Shown here piece after piece: positions 10,649 to 20,001 of a DNA stretch of 64,000 nucleotides. The stretch lies in the NCBI GenBank assembly GCA_028724905.1, contig JAQYTG010000017.1, positions 26,963-90,962 on the forward strand, read 5' to 3'. The position numbers and the translations under genes are program-made. The stretch's first letter is position 1. The number at the start of each line of letters is the position of its first letter. The stretch is from Actinomycetaceae bacterium. Lineage in GTDB: Bacteria; Actinomycetota; Actinomycetes; Actinomycetales; Actinomycetaceae. The notes beneath the pieces were generated by a model that did not search any database, was not told the origin of the DNA, and was given only the letters and a program-made list of their open reading frames with translations.

Positions 10649-13600
10649 TCATCTGCCCGCCGCAGCGCCAGCATCATGAACAATCTCGGTGACGTCGCTG
10701 CCAGGGAAGACTTTAAGCACCACGTTGAGCCCCACGAGCGAGCTTTGAGATATCTCGGGATCGTCGGGGGAAACTTCATCCCACGGATTCTCATACTGCT
10801 GCTCTTCGCTCTCCTCAGGCTGCGCAGTGTCGACGACGGCTGCTGCACTTGCCGCCGCTTTGGCCGTCAGCTTTCCTAGGGCGTGCGAGCTAGAGAGCGC
10901 TGCACCAGACCCACCGTCTGCCGCATAGCGCTGAGCTAGCGACGGCGGTAAATGCTCCGGAGGCGGAGCTGGCATATCCTGGGCAGCATCTTCCTCAGGA
11001 GCAGCCGGATACGACGCAGACACGGCCACTATTGCCGTCGGTTCGTTTCCCTGCGCCCGCGTGACGCCAGAGCGCGCAGTGGGTGGTTGAGATTCTGGTG
11101 GCTCGGTGGCCGATGCGATGGCCGACTCGGTGGCCGCTTCTGTGGATGATGCGGCTAGTTCGGCGGGTGGTGCAGCCAATTGGATGGCCGATTTAGCCGG
11201 TTCGGTGGCTGATCTGGCCAGCTCAACTATCCTAGCGCCTGGCTCGACGGCTGGATTCTCGGGCAGTTCATCGGTTGCAGCAGTTAGACTCTCAGCTAGC
11301 TCGGCTAGCTCAACGTCCGGCTCATCAAGTGGGCTTTCAATCGTATCCCCGCCAGAATCCAATAACTGAGCGAGCACGCCAGCAGGGTCTGGCTCGTCCC
11401 CGTCGTCATTCAAACCATAGACCGGATCGAGTTCGGGAGCTTCATCGACCTCCAGCATATCGTCGTCTAGCACATCCGCCTCATCTGCTGATGCAGGCGC
11501 TGCTGGAGTGGCTCGTACCGGCGTGGACTCTGCCGGCCTGGATTTTGCTAGCGTAGACCCTGCCGGCACGGAGTCTACCAGCGAGAAATCTGCCCGCGCG
11601 GCAGGCGGCTCCGTTTCTGCTAGCTCAGGTTCTGCTAGGTCGGATTCAGCTAGGTCGGGTTCGGTTAGATCAGGGCGCGGCGGCGTAGCGTGTGCTGGCA
11701 ACGCCGGCTCTGGCTGTGCGGAGATGGTGTGCGTCTGCTGAGTCTCAAAGCTACGGCGTGACGGCGCTGGCTTGGCTTGAGCAGCAGTTCCCCTATCTCG
11801 CTTATCACCTTTTGGGTGGACATCAGCGGTGGGAGTACCCACATATCCTTCTACACGCAAAGATGTGTGCACCGTCTGCTCAAGGGAATGGACGAGGGCA
11901 GCTTGCGCACGCTTATTGCGGTTGAATCCGGCAGCCGTGCCCTCGTCGGTAAAGCCTACAGACAGCAAATCTCCCTCCAGAGCCAACGGACCAGTGGCGT
12001 GTTTGAGCATATTGCCCACAATCTTTGATTCAGCACTGGCCGTCGCCACGATGTGTGCCCACGATGATTGAACGAGCTCCCACGGGTTTGGGTTGGCTCG
12101 GCTGCTTTGGCTAAAGCTCTCTTGCCGAGCTTGGCCAGCCGTCTCCCCCGAAGCAGCGTTGGCAGCGCTCTTACGCTGATTGCCGCCAGCGCTCTCCTCC
12201 TTAGCCTGGCCAGCAGTATCAGGCCGCAGTTGGCCATCAGACCCCTGCCCAATACGGCCAGCTCTCTCGCGCTGACTGCTGGAATTTTCTGGCCGCACAG
12301 CTGCGTTCTCCGGTGCGTTCTCTGGCCGCAAATTTTTTGGCTGCACAGCTGCGTTCTCCGGCGCTTGTTCCGGCGTCTTGCCTGCAGCTTTCCCAGCATT
12401 GTTCCCAGAATTGCCCCGAGCAACATTCCTCACTGGATTCCCAGCAGCATTCCCCGCTGCTCCCGAATGATCGGGCACTAGCGCGGGCAGCGCCGAAGAA
12501 TCTGGCGCTACCGCCGCACTTCCAGCCTCAACCAAACCCTCAGCAGCTGGCACGGCTGACGAAACAGCAGAAACAGGCGGGGCGGACGGCAGCTCGGGCG
12601 CAAAACTCGGCATCGGCTGCCGCCTCGGATCGGCCAAAGCTGGCTGTGGCGGCGCCGGTGCAGCTCCCCCGCGGGAAAGCTCAGCCCCAGCAGACCGCCC
12701 TGCCCCCAGAGCGCCCGTATGCCCGATTCCCGCAGGCCAGCTCGGCTCAGATGCCGCAGCGTCATAAGCAGCGCCCGAGCCGCCGCCTACTCTCGCGGAA
12801 TCACTCGGCTGCGCCGAGTTTGCCCCAGCTGGCTCAGATGCCACAACTAACCGCGCACACAGCAATTCCAGCTGCATTCTCGGAGCGGTAGCCCCCACCA
12901 TCGCCGTCAATGCCTCATTGACTAAATCAGCGGCTCTCGAAGCCCGCGCTGCTCCGAGCTCATCTGCCTGGCTCACCATCAGCGCATACTGATCGTCCGG
13001 CACTGAGAGGAAGACGTCTTTCACGGAATCTCCGGCGAGCGCAATAATCACCACATCGCGCAACCGCTGCAAGAGATCTTCCACGAAGCGGCGCGGATCA
13101 TGGCCGCTTTTGACTACTTCATCCACCACGGTGAAAAGTGCAGCCCCATCGTGAGCCGCTATTGCCGTCACGGCTTGATCAAGCAGATGTGCCGACGTAT
13201 AGCCCAGCAGTGCCACTGCCCGATCATAATCGAGCTCGCTGCTTTGCGAACCGCCAATAATCTGATCGAGCACCGAGAGCGTATCGCGTACAGAGCCGGT
13301 GCCCGCGCGCACCACTAGGGAGAGCACATCTCGCCCTGCTTGCATCCCCTCACTACGGCACACCTGCGTCAAGTAATCCTCCAGGACGGCAGGGGGCACG
13401 AGCCGAAATGGATAGTGGTGAGTGCGAGAGCGGATGGTGTCGATTACTTTCTCCGGCTCAGTGGTGGCAAAGATAAACTTCACGTGCGGCGGCGGCTCTT
13501 CCACCAGCTTGAGTAAAGCATTGAAACCTTGATTGCTCACCATATGCGCTTCGTCAATAATGTAAATCTTGAAGCGATCTCGCACCGGCGCAAAACTCGC

Positions 13601-13933
13601 CTGTTCGCGCAATTCGCGGGCATCGTCCACGCCCCCGTGTGAGGCTGCATCTAGCTCCACTACATCCAATGATCCCGAGCCATCACGCGATAGTTCTCGG
13701 CAGGAATCGCACTCTCCACAGGGCGTATCTGTGGGGTACTCAGCACAGTTCAAACAGCGCGCCAGAATACGTGCCGACGTCGTTTTCCCGCATCCGCGCG
13801 GACCAGAAAAAAGGTAGGCATGATTTGTGTTGCCTGCAGCGAGCGCAGCCATCAGCGGTTTAATCACGTGCTCCTGGCCAATCACCTCTTGAAAGGTTTC
13901 AGGCCGGTAGCGGCGGTAGAGAGCTTTAGTCAC
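10649..13933 (-). CDS. dnaX: DNA polymerase III subunit gamma/tau with very long low-complexity linkers
   Basis: LYRRYRP, GPRGCGKT, CxxC cluster, IIDEAHM, FIFATTE and TIRSRT. Conserved actinobacterial C-terminal WDEVSPDD motif. Confidence 0.95.
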   Translation of the reverse strand: MTKALYRRYRPETFQEVIGQEHVIKPLMAALAAGNTNHAYLFSGPRGCGKTTSARILARCLNCAEYPTDTPCGECDSCRELSRDGSGSLDVVELDAASHGGVDDARELREQASFAPVRDRFKIYIIDEAHMVSNQGFNALLKLVEEPPPHVKFIFATTEPEKVIDTIRSRTHHYPFRLVPPAVLEDYLTQVCRSEGMQAGRDVLSLVVRAGTGSVRDTLSVLDQIIGGSQSSELDYDRAVALLGYTSAHLLDQAVTAIAAHDGAALFTVVDEVVKSGHDPRRFVEDLLQRLRDVVIIALAGDSVKDVFLSVPDDQYALMVSQADELGAARASRAADLVNEALTAMVGATAPRMQLELLCARLVVASEPAGANSAQPSDSARVGGGSGAAYDAAASEPSWPAGIGHTGALGAGRSAGAELSRGGAAPAPPQPALADPRRQPMPSFAPELPSAPPVSAVSSAVPAAEGLVEAGSAAVAPDSSALPALVPDHSGAAGNAAGNPVRNVARGNSGNNAGKAAGKTPEQAPENAAVQPKNLRPENAPENAAVRPENSSSQRERAGRIGQGSDGQLRPDTAGQAKEESAGGNQRKSAANAASGETAGQARQESFSQSSRANPNPWELVQSSWAHIVATASAESKIVGNMLKHATGPLALEGDLLSVGFTDEGTAAGFNRNKRAQAALVHSLEQTVHTSLRVEGYVGTPTADVHPKGDKRDRGTAAQAKPAPSRRSFETQQTHTISAQPEPALPAHATPPRPDLTEPDLAESDLAEPELAETEPPAARADFSLVDSVPAGSTLAKSRPAESTPVRATPAAPASADEADVLDDDMLEVDEAPELDPVYGLNDDGDEPDPAGVLAQLLDSGGDTIESPLDEPDVELAELAESLTAATDELPENPAVEPGARIVELARSATEPAKSAIQLAAPPAELAASSTEAATESAIASATEPPESQPPTARSGVTRAQGNEPTAIVAVSASYPAAPEEDAAQDMPAPPPEHLPPSLAQRYAADGGSGAALSSSHALGKLTAKAAASAAAVVDTAQPEESEEQQYENPWDEVSPDDPEISQSSLVGLNVVLKVFPGSDVTEIVHDAGAAAGR

Positions 13934-14228
13934 GCTCTCTATCTTACGCTGTGGCTACCGAAAAATTTCACGCGAAAAATCTGCCGTTAAGGCCGGTTGA
14001 TACATTGGTTGATACAATTGGCCAGACCGATAATATCAACCTGATAGCGACCCTCCCGCTCTCCGGCTGTTCTCCGGCTTTTCTTCAACTTTTCTCGGGC
14101 CAGTCTCTGAGCGTTCTTTGGCTCTTCTCTGGTTTTATGGCCACTCTCTAGCCATTCCTCGCCGTGCGCGGCGCCGTGAGATACTGCGCTCGCGCAGAAA
14201 CGCACGAAACGCTGGCAGCCACGCCATC

Positions 14229-15038
14229 TCAGCGCTGAAGAACGGCGAGCAGCTCCTCCACCGTGGGCTGCCCAGGAGCCGAGCCAGCGCCCACCGTGGC
14301 AAAAGTAGCCACTGAGCCGTATCTAGTACCCTCGAAACGCGATCGTTTCCCAGCATTTCCCATCGCAATAGCCATCACTGCCCGCCCAGAACTGCGCGCC
14401 ACGCGAGCGCACACATCCAGCAAAGCCTGCACATCGGCGTCATCGTGAGGCATGACGGCGAGCTTCGCCACCACCCCTGGAAGCTCCAACATATCCTCAT
14501 AGACAATCTGCATAATCTCAGGATCGGGAGTCTCGAACCAATCGTGATGCGAAATGACGACAGTACATCCCAATTCCTGAGCACGCGCAGCCAATGCGGG
14601 CGTCCCTTCAAACCAGTGTTCTAGATCAATAGCAATACGCTCAGGCGGCACGTCAATATGCACCAAAGTATCGAGCATTTCCGCCAGCAAAAGCCGGTAT
14701 CTTCCCGCAGTGAGTCTGGCTTCCCCGCCCTGCCCATTTGTGCGGATAGTGAGCAGTAGCGGCACCTGCGTCGCCGCCACAATCGGAGCCACCACTTCTC
14801 TGCCGAGCGGAGCAAAAGATAGCTGTTCGTGGGTGGCCAGCATAAAATCACTGCGCCACTCCAGAATATCTGCGCCAGCATCCTCAGCCAGCTTTGCTTC
14901 TTCTACAAGCATTTGAGCCGTTGTACCCGTCAGCGGCACAATCACCGACGGCCGATCCCGTAGCCGTTCACCATCTGCACCATACGCTGGCGCGAAGACC
15001 TCAGCTGCCGTGCGGGCGCGGCATAGTTTCTCACTCAC
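14229..15038 (-). CDS. aroD: Type I 3-dehydroquinate dehydratase
   Basis: EWRSDF, TIRTNGQGG, SHHDWFETP, KLAVMP (Schiff-base Lys), MG..G..SR and SAPGQ. A GTG start at 15038 overlaps the upstream gene end. Confidence 0.88.
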   Translation of the reverse strand: MSEKLCRARTAAEVFAPAYGADGERLRDRPSVIVPLTGTTAQMLVEEAKLAEDAGADILEWRSDFMLATHEQLSFAPLGREVVAPIVAATQVPLLLTIRTNGQGGEARLTAGRYRLLLAEMLDTLVHIDVPPERIAIDLEHWFEGTPALAARAQELGCTVVISHHDWFETPDPEIMQIVYEDMLELPGVVAKLAVMPHDDADVQALLDVCARVARSSGRAVMAIAMGNAGKRSRFEGTRYGSVATFATVGAGSAPGQPTVEELLAVLQR

Positions 15039-16143
15039 TGTGCACCCACTCTTCATACGCAGCAATCAGACGTTGCTGCGCGTGCGGCTCCGCCACCGTG
15101 ACCCGCACGCCGTCACCAGCAAAAGCACGCACCACCAACCCGTGCCGCAGACACATATCGGCGAAATTCTCCGAGCGCTTCCCCAGATCAAACCAGATGA
15201 AGTTGGCTTGAGATGCCGGCCCTTGCCAACCCAATTCTCGCAGCGCTAGCTGCAGAGCCTCGCGCTCATCGACGACTGCACGCACCCGCTCATCCACCGT
15301 CGAACGCTCCCGAAGCGCCGCCAACGCCGCCACCTGCGCGAGAGTATTGACGCCAAAAGGAGTATTCGCTGCCGTCAATGCTGCAATCACGCTCGGCTCA
15401 GCTATAGCGTACCCGCAGCGCAAACCAGCCAAGCCATAGGCTTTAGAGAAAGTACGCAACGAGATCACATTTGGATACTCGTCGATGAGTTCCAGGGCGC
15501 GCACGGGATCATCCATCCTCACGAAATCCACATACGCCTCATCTACGATCACCAGAATGTTAGAGGGCACCTGAGCAACGAAATCCCGCAGCTCACGATG
15601 CGTGAGCGCACTACCGCTGGGATTGTTGGGGGTGCACACCATCACTGCGCGGGTTTTATCGGTGACGGCGGCAAGCATCCCATCGAGATCGCAGTTGCCA
15701 TCCGCCCGCAAGGGCACTGCTACCGGCCTTGCCCCACTCATTTGAATAGCGATGGGATAGGCCTCGAAAGAACGCCACGGCATCACCACGTCTGCTCCCT
15801 CGCCAGCCACTCCCGCAATAATTTTTTCGATGAGAGCCACCGAACCATTACCCACGCACACCTGCCTCGCCGACACCCCATGATAAGCAGCTATAGCATC
15901 AGTGAGATCCACATTGCCCATATCTGGATAGCGGTTGAGATCGCGCAGATGCTCTTCCAGCGCTTGCGTGACGGCAGGCAGCGTCGGGAATGGGATCTCG
16001 TTGCTCGCCACTTTGATGACGTCGGGATTCGGGCTAGCTTTCCCCGCCACATAAGCTGGCAAACTCATAATATAGGGGTGGAAAAACTGCTCTGCTCCAG
16101 CACCAGTGTTCGCTGTTGAACCCGTTGTATGCATCATGTCCAC
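15031..16143 (-). CDS. hisC: Histidinol-phosphate/aromatic amino acid aminotransferase (HisC/Pat)
   Basis: ASNE, NRYPD, CTPNNPSG, VDEAY and RTFSKAYGLAGLR (PLP Lys). It may be the Pat paralogue. Confidence 0.88.
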   Translation of the reverse strand: MDMMHTTGSTANTGAGAEQFFHPYIMSLPAYVAGKASPNPDVIKVASNEIPFPTLPAVTQALEEHLRDLNRYPDMGNVDLTDAIAAYHGVSARQVCVGNGSVALIEKIIAGVAGEGADVVMPWRSFEAYPIAIQMSGARPVAVPLRADGNCDLDGMLAAVTDKTRAVMVCTPNNPSGSALTHRELRDFVAQVPSNILVIVDEAYVDFVRMDDPVRALELIDEYPNVISLRTFSKAYGLAGLRCGYAIAEPSVIAALTAANTPFGVNTLAQVAALAALRERSTVDERVRAVVDEREALQLALRELGWQGPASQANFIWFDLGKRSENFADMCLRHGLVVRAFAGDGVRVTVAEPHAQQRLIAAYEEWVHSE

Positions 16144-16363
16144 CCTCTACTGCCGCTGCGGCGGTCAAAGCGTTACCGTACGCTACTATTATGCCCCCTG
16201 AGAGGAATTTCTAAATCGGGAAGCGGCATCTTGAGAAAATTGGTCTGAGCGATAGTATCGTCCGTTTTGATCTTCTAGCATCGTCTTTTGATCGAGAACT
16301 CTCACGGCGCGGATAGCATAGCAGTGGTGTAGGATACAGACAAACATACTTTTGGAGGTCACT

Positions 16364-16657
16364 ATGAAACTTCTACGTACAGCACTAGTACTCGGCACTG
16401 GATACGTACTCGGGGCGCGCGCTGGCCGCGAACGCTACGAGCAGATCATGGCTGGCGCGAACAAACTCTGGGAATCTAGCCCCTTCAAGCAGGGGCGCGA
16501 AAAGGCGAAAGATGCCGCCGCCTCCACCTTTGAGCAGGCAAAACAAGCGGCCACCGAGAAAGCCAAAGAAGCGGCTCACGCCGTGAAAACCAAAGTGGCT
16601 AACGGGGGCGATGCTCTGGACGACTCTGTCATCGTGGTCGAACCCATCGACGGCTAA
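16364..16657 (+). CDS. Small membrane-anchored YtxH-like protein
   Basis: GYVLGARAGRERYEQI motif followed by an amphipathic Ala/Lys/Glu helix. GGAGG SD before ATG 16364. Confidence 0.8.
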   Translation: MKLLRTALVLGTGYVLGARAGRERYEQIMAGANKLWESSPFKQGREKAKDAAASTFEQAKQAATEKAKEAAHAVKTKVANGGDALDDSVIVVEPIDG

Positions 16658-16715
16658 CACCTATCGGCAGCCCTTGAGAGTGCGAGCTACCGCCGCCTAG
16701 TTCTCCCACTGTGCA

Positions 16716-16764
16716 GCTCAAACAATTGTGTAGCTCTCCCAACGCGCAGCACAATTGTTTGAGC
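16716..16764. terminator. Inverted repeat between convergent genes
   Basis: Perfect 15-bp arms gctcaaacaattgtg / cacaattgtttgagc with a 19-nt loop. Confidence 0.6.
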
Positions 16765-16927
16765 AATGGAGTCGTCGCAGGTAGGGCTGATATTGTCAGC
16801 TACGCTTATCGCTGTGGGGATAGTGGTCATCGCTCAGCTACTTTTACCCCTTGGGGTTGCGCATGATCAGCCAGCGGCCTCGCACCTATTGAGCTTCTAC
16901 TGACGAAGCCCTCGCTGACTGCACCCC

Positions 16928-18037
16928 CTACTGACGGAGCACGGCACGCAACTTTTTGAGGAGAGCAAAGCCATCAGGGGCACGAACAACGGGAGTTCCG
17001 TGCCGTTCAGTGTCGCTATCTTTGCGAGTCGTCTCCACTGGATCGACGGTGCCGTGGGAGAGAACTTGCTCGATAGGATTCAGCTCTCGCAGCATAATCG
17101 CACGCACCCGCGAAGGATGCTCACGGGCAAGATCGTCGTAGATAATCGGATCGTGCTGCCCGTCGTCACCCACTAATATCCACTTGATATTGGGGAACAT
17201 AATCAAGAGATTGCGGAGCTGCGTCTTTTTGTGAGCCTCGCTGTTGCGGAAGAGTCCGGTGGGAGTAGGCCCCCAATCCGTCATTAGCAGCGGCCCAATT
17301 GGAAAACCATATCTTTGCAGGAACGTCAAGATCGTGCCATAGGTGTTCCAGGCACCGCTAGAGAGGTAGAAAACGGGAGCGTTAGGGGAATTTGCCAGCA
17401 GCTGTTGATACATCTGCGCCATCCCTGGCACTGGTTGGCGCGCATTCGTGTGCACCACCAACGCATTCCACGCCGCGATGAAAGCTCGCGGCATCCAGGT
17501 GACTACCACAGTGTCGTCAATATCGGAGACCAGCCCGCGGCGCACGTGCGGAGAAACGATCATCACCGGCGCTTTTACTGCTTCTCCCGCCGCCGGAATC
17601 AGCTCCACATCGTGCCAACCAGGCTCCAAGCCATGATCTTCTACCAACAGATCGAGATACCCACCGCGGTCTGTGCGCGTGTGAATTTCTCGATCACCAA
17701 TGCGCACCGTGATAGGCAAAAACCCCACTTGAGTGGTGAAAAATTGGCGCCAACCGCGCTGCGCTTCAGCCCCTTTATCAGCCATTTTCTGGGCAAAATC
17801 CCCCACTACCGAGGTAGCCAGCGAATGCATAGTGCCAGGGCGGAATGCCAGATCAGAGTTCGCAGCATTATCGCGCGGATCAGCCATAATGGCGCGCGCC
17901 ATCACCTTGACGGCTCGGGTGGAGCCATAGCCCATATATGGGATGAGATGCGGCAGCCATCCCTGTTTGCGCCGCCGCTCAATCCCTCTGCGGTTTGCGC
18001 CATCGTCTAAAGCGCGCGCAAAATCAGCAAGTGCCAT
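16928..18037 (-). CDS. App1/DUF2183 family phosphatidate phosphatase-like protein
   Basis: VSDIDDT (HAD DxD), YLSSGAWN, TDWGP and LVGDDGQHD. Confidence 0.85.
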   Translation of the reverse strand: MALADFARALDDGANRRGIERRRKQGWLPHLIPYMGYGSTRAVKVMARAIMADPRDNAANSDLAFRPGTMHSLATSVVGDFAQKMADKGAEAQRGWRQFFTTQVGFLPITVRIGDREIHTRTDRGGYLDLLVEDHGLEPGWHDVELIPAAGEAVKAPVMIVSPHVRRGLVSDIDDTVVVTWMPRAFIAAWNALVVHTNARQPVPGMAQMYQQLLANSPNAPVFYLSSGAWNTYGTILTFLQRYGFPIGPLLMTDWGPTPTGLFRNSEAHKKTQLRNLLIMFPNIKWILVGDDGQHDPIIYDDLAREHPSRVRAIMLRELNPIEQVLSHGTVDPVETTRKDSDTERHGTPVVRAPDGFALLKKLRAVLRQ

Positions 18038-18122
18038 AGTACTCCGTCACGCCACCGTCACCCGCACAGCAGATATCAGCAGCCATAGGTGCTCGTCCAC
18101 GCATAGCTTCTCGCCTGCCAGC

Positions 18123-19802
18123 TCATAGCCCAAGAGCTGCATTGACGACGACTTTGGCCTCTTCTTGCACCCGCGCCAGATGTTCAACCCCTTTGAACGA
18201 CTCTGCATAGATCTTGTACACGTCTTCGGTGCCACTCGGACGCGCCGCAAACCATGCATTGTCCGTCGTCACTTTCAGACCTCCAATTGGGGCATCGTTA
18301 CCTGGAGCATTCACCAAACGTGCCGTGATCGGCTCACCGGCAAGTTCCGTGGCTGTGACGTCACTCGGAGAGAGCGCCGCCAGCTTCGCTTTCTGCTCTT
18401 TTGTAGCTGGAGCATCAATGCGCGCATAGGCACTCGCGCCATATTTCTCCACTAGTTCGCGGTGTAATTGACTCGGAGTTTTCCCAGTGACGGCAGTGAT
18501 TTCCGAAGCGAGCAGGTTCATAATAAGACCGTCTTTATCCGTCGTCCACACCGTGCCGTTGGTGCGCAAGAAACTCGCCCCCGCACTCTCCTCGCCACCG
18601 AAGCCAGCAGTGCCTGCGAGTAGACCAGGCACGAACCACTTAAAGCCGACGGGCACTTCCACCAGTTCCTTGCCCATACCAGCCACCACGCGGTCGATGA
18701 GCGAGGAGGAAACCAGCGTCTTACCCACTGAATTTGTGTGCCAGTGAGGGCGATGAGTGAAGAGATAGCTAATGGCCACAGCGAGATAGTGATTCGGATT
18801 CATCAAACCACCATCTGGCGTCACGATCCCATGACGATCCGAATCTGCATCGTTGCCGGTGGCAATATCGAATGGCGTACTCCCATCTGGAGCCGGCGCC
18901 ATTCGGGAACGCAAACTCGCCATCGCATACGGGGACGAACAGTCCATGCGAATTTTGCCGTCCCAATCCAGCGTCATAAACGCCCAAGCGGGATCTACCT
19001 CTTTATTGACGACGGTGAGATCGAGGCCGTAGCGTTGGCCGATCTCGCCCCAGTATTCCACGCTCGCGCCGCCCATCGGGTCTGCCCCAATGCGCACGCC
19101 AGCAGCGCGAATAGCATCAAAATCAATGACCGAAGAGAGGTCTTCTACATACGCTGAGAGGTAGTCGTGCCGACGAGTGGTCGGCGCTGCCAACGCCTGC
19201 TCATACGACACCCGCTTCACGTTTTTCCACCCGTCACGCAAAATCTCATTCGCGCGGGCAGCGATCACCTTGGTGGCATCAGTATCAGCAGGCCCGCCGT
19301 GAGGAGGATTGTATTTGAAGCCGCCATCACGCGGAGGATTGTGGCTCGGAGTGATGACGATGCCATCGGCCAAACCAGGCCCGCTAGTGCGAACTCCCGC
19401 TTGGGTGCCAGCGCCATTCGCCGTCAAAATCGCCAGCGATACTGCGGGGGTGGGAGTCCACGAATCGCGCGCGTCAATGCGCACCTCTACATCGTTTGCA
19501 GCCAGCACTTCGAGTGCCGTCCTCTGCGCCGGCTCAGAGAGAGCGTGCGTATCGCGGCCGATATAGAGCGGCCCATCCACTCCTTGCGAGCGCCGATACT
19601 CCACGATTGCCTGAGTGATCGCCACGATGTGTGCCTCGTTGAAAGCCGCATCGAAAGCGCTTCCACGGTGGCCAGAAGTGCCAAAAGCCACCATCTGATT
19701 GGGGTCTTCCGGATTAGGCTCGCGGCTGTAGTAAGCGTCGAGCAAATCGTTGACGTCAATGAGATCTTCCGCTTGGGCGGGAGTGCCAGCTCGTTCATTC
19801 AT
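18123..19802 (-). CDS. pgm: Phosphoglucomutase
   Basis: [29 protein letters not shown] and RPSGTE. Confidence 0.97.
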   Translation of the reverse strand: MNERAGTPAQAEDLIDVNDLLDAYYSREPNPEDPNQMVAFGTSGHRGSAFDAAFNEAHIVAITQAIVEYRRSQGVDGPLYIGRDTHALSEPAQRTALEVLAANDVEVRIDARDSWTPTPAVSLAILTANGAGTQAGVRTSGPGLADGIVITPSHNPPRDGGFKYNPPHGGPADTDATKVIAARANEILRDGWKNVKRVSYEQALAAPTTRRHDYLSAYVEDLSSVIDFDAIRAAGVRIGADPMGGASVEYWGEIGQRYGLDLTVVNKEVDPAWAFMTLDWDGKIRMDCSSPYAMASLRSRMAPAPDGSTPFDIATGNDADSDRHGIVTPDGGLMNPNHYLAVAISYLFTHRPHWHTNSVGKTLVSSSLIDRVVAGMGKELVEVPVGFKWFVPGLLAGTAGFGGEESAGASFLRTNGTVWTTDKDGLIMNLLASEITAVTGKTPSQLHRELVEKYGASAYARIDAPATKEQKAKLAALSPSDVTATELAGEPITARLVNAPGNDAPIGGLKVTTDNAWFAARPSGTEDVYKIYAESFKGVEHLARVQEEAKVVVNAALGL

Positions 19803-20001
19803 GCTCTCATCATCTCACCTTTTTATCGACGAACACGAGTTTTTTGTGTGAGCAAATGCCACACACCACAAAATACTCTACTCCTGTGGCCGTGGCAGCT
19901 GGCGGGACGGCAGCCAGCACGGTGGCAGCTAGTACGGGTGGGCTTGCTTCACTTTCCGGTGACGGCGGTAGCCAGCGTAGCAAGCCAAGCCCCTTAATAA
20001 G

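Noticed and set aside
12332-12338. A-AAA-AAT in dnaX as a -1 frameshift site making a gamma subunit
   Set aside because: It is in frame, and the -1 frame stops ~33 codons later. However, it is not the strong A-AAA-AAG signal, it sits inside a repeat-derived linker, and I saw no stimulatory SD or hairpin.
13934-14228. SRP RNA or tRNA upstream of dnaX (common synteny)
   Set aside because: No SRP helix-8 motif or cloverleaf; only short tandem repeats.
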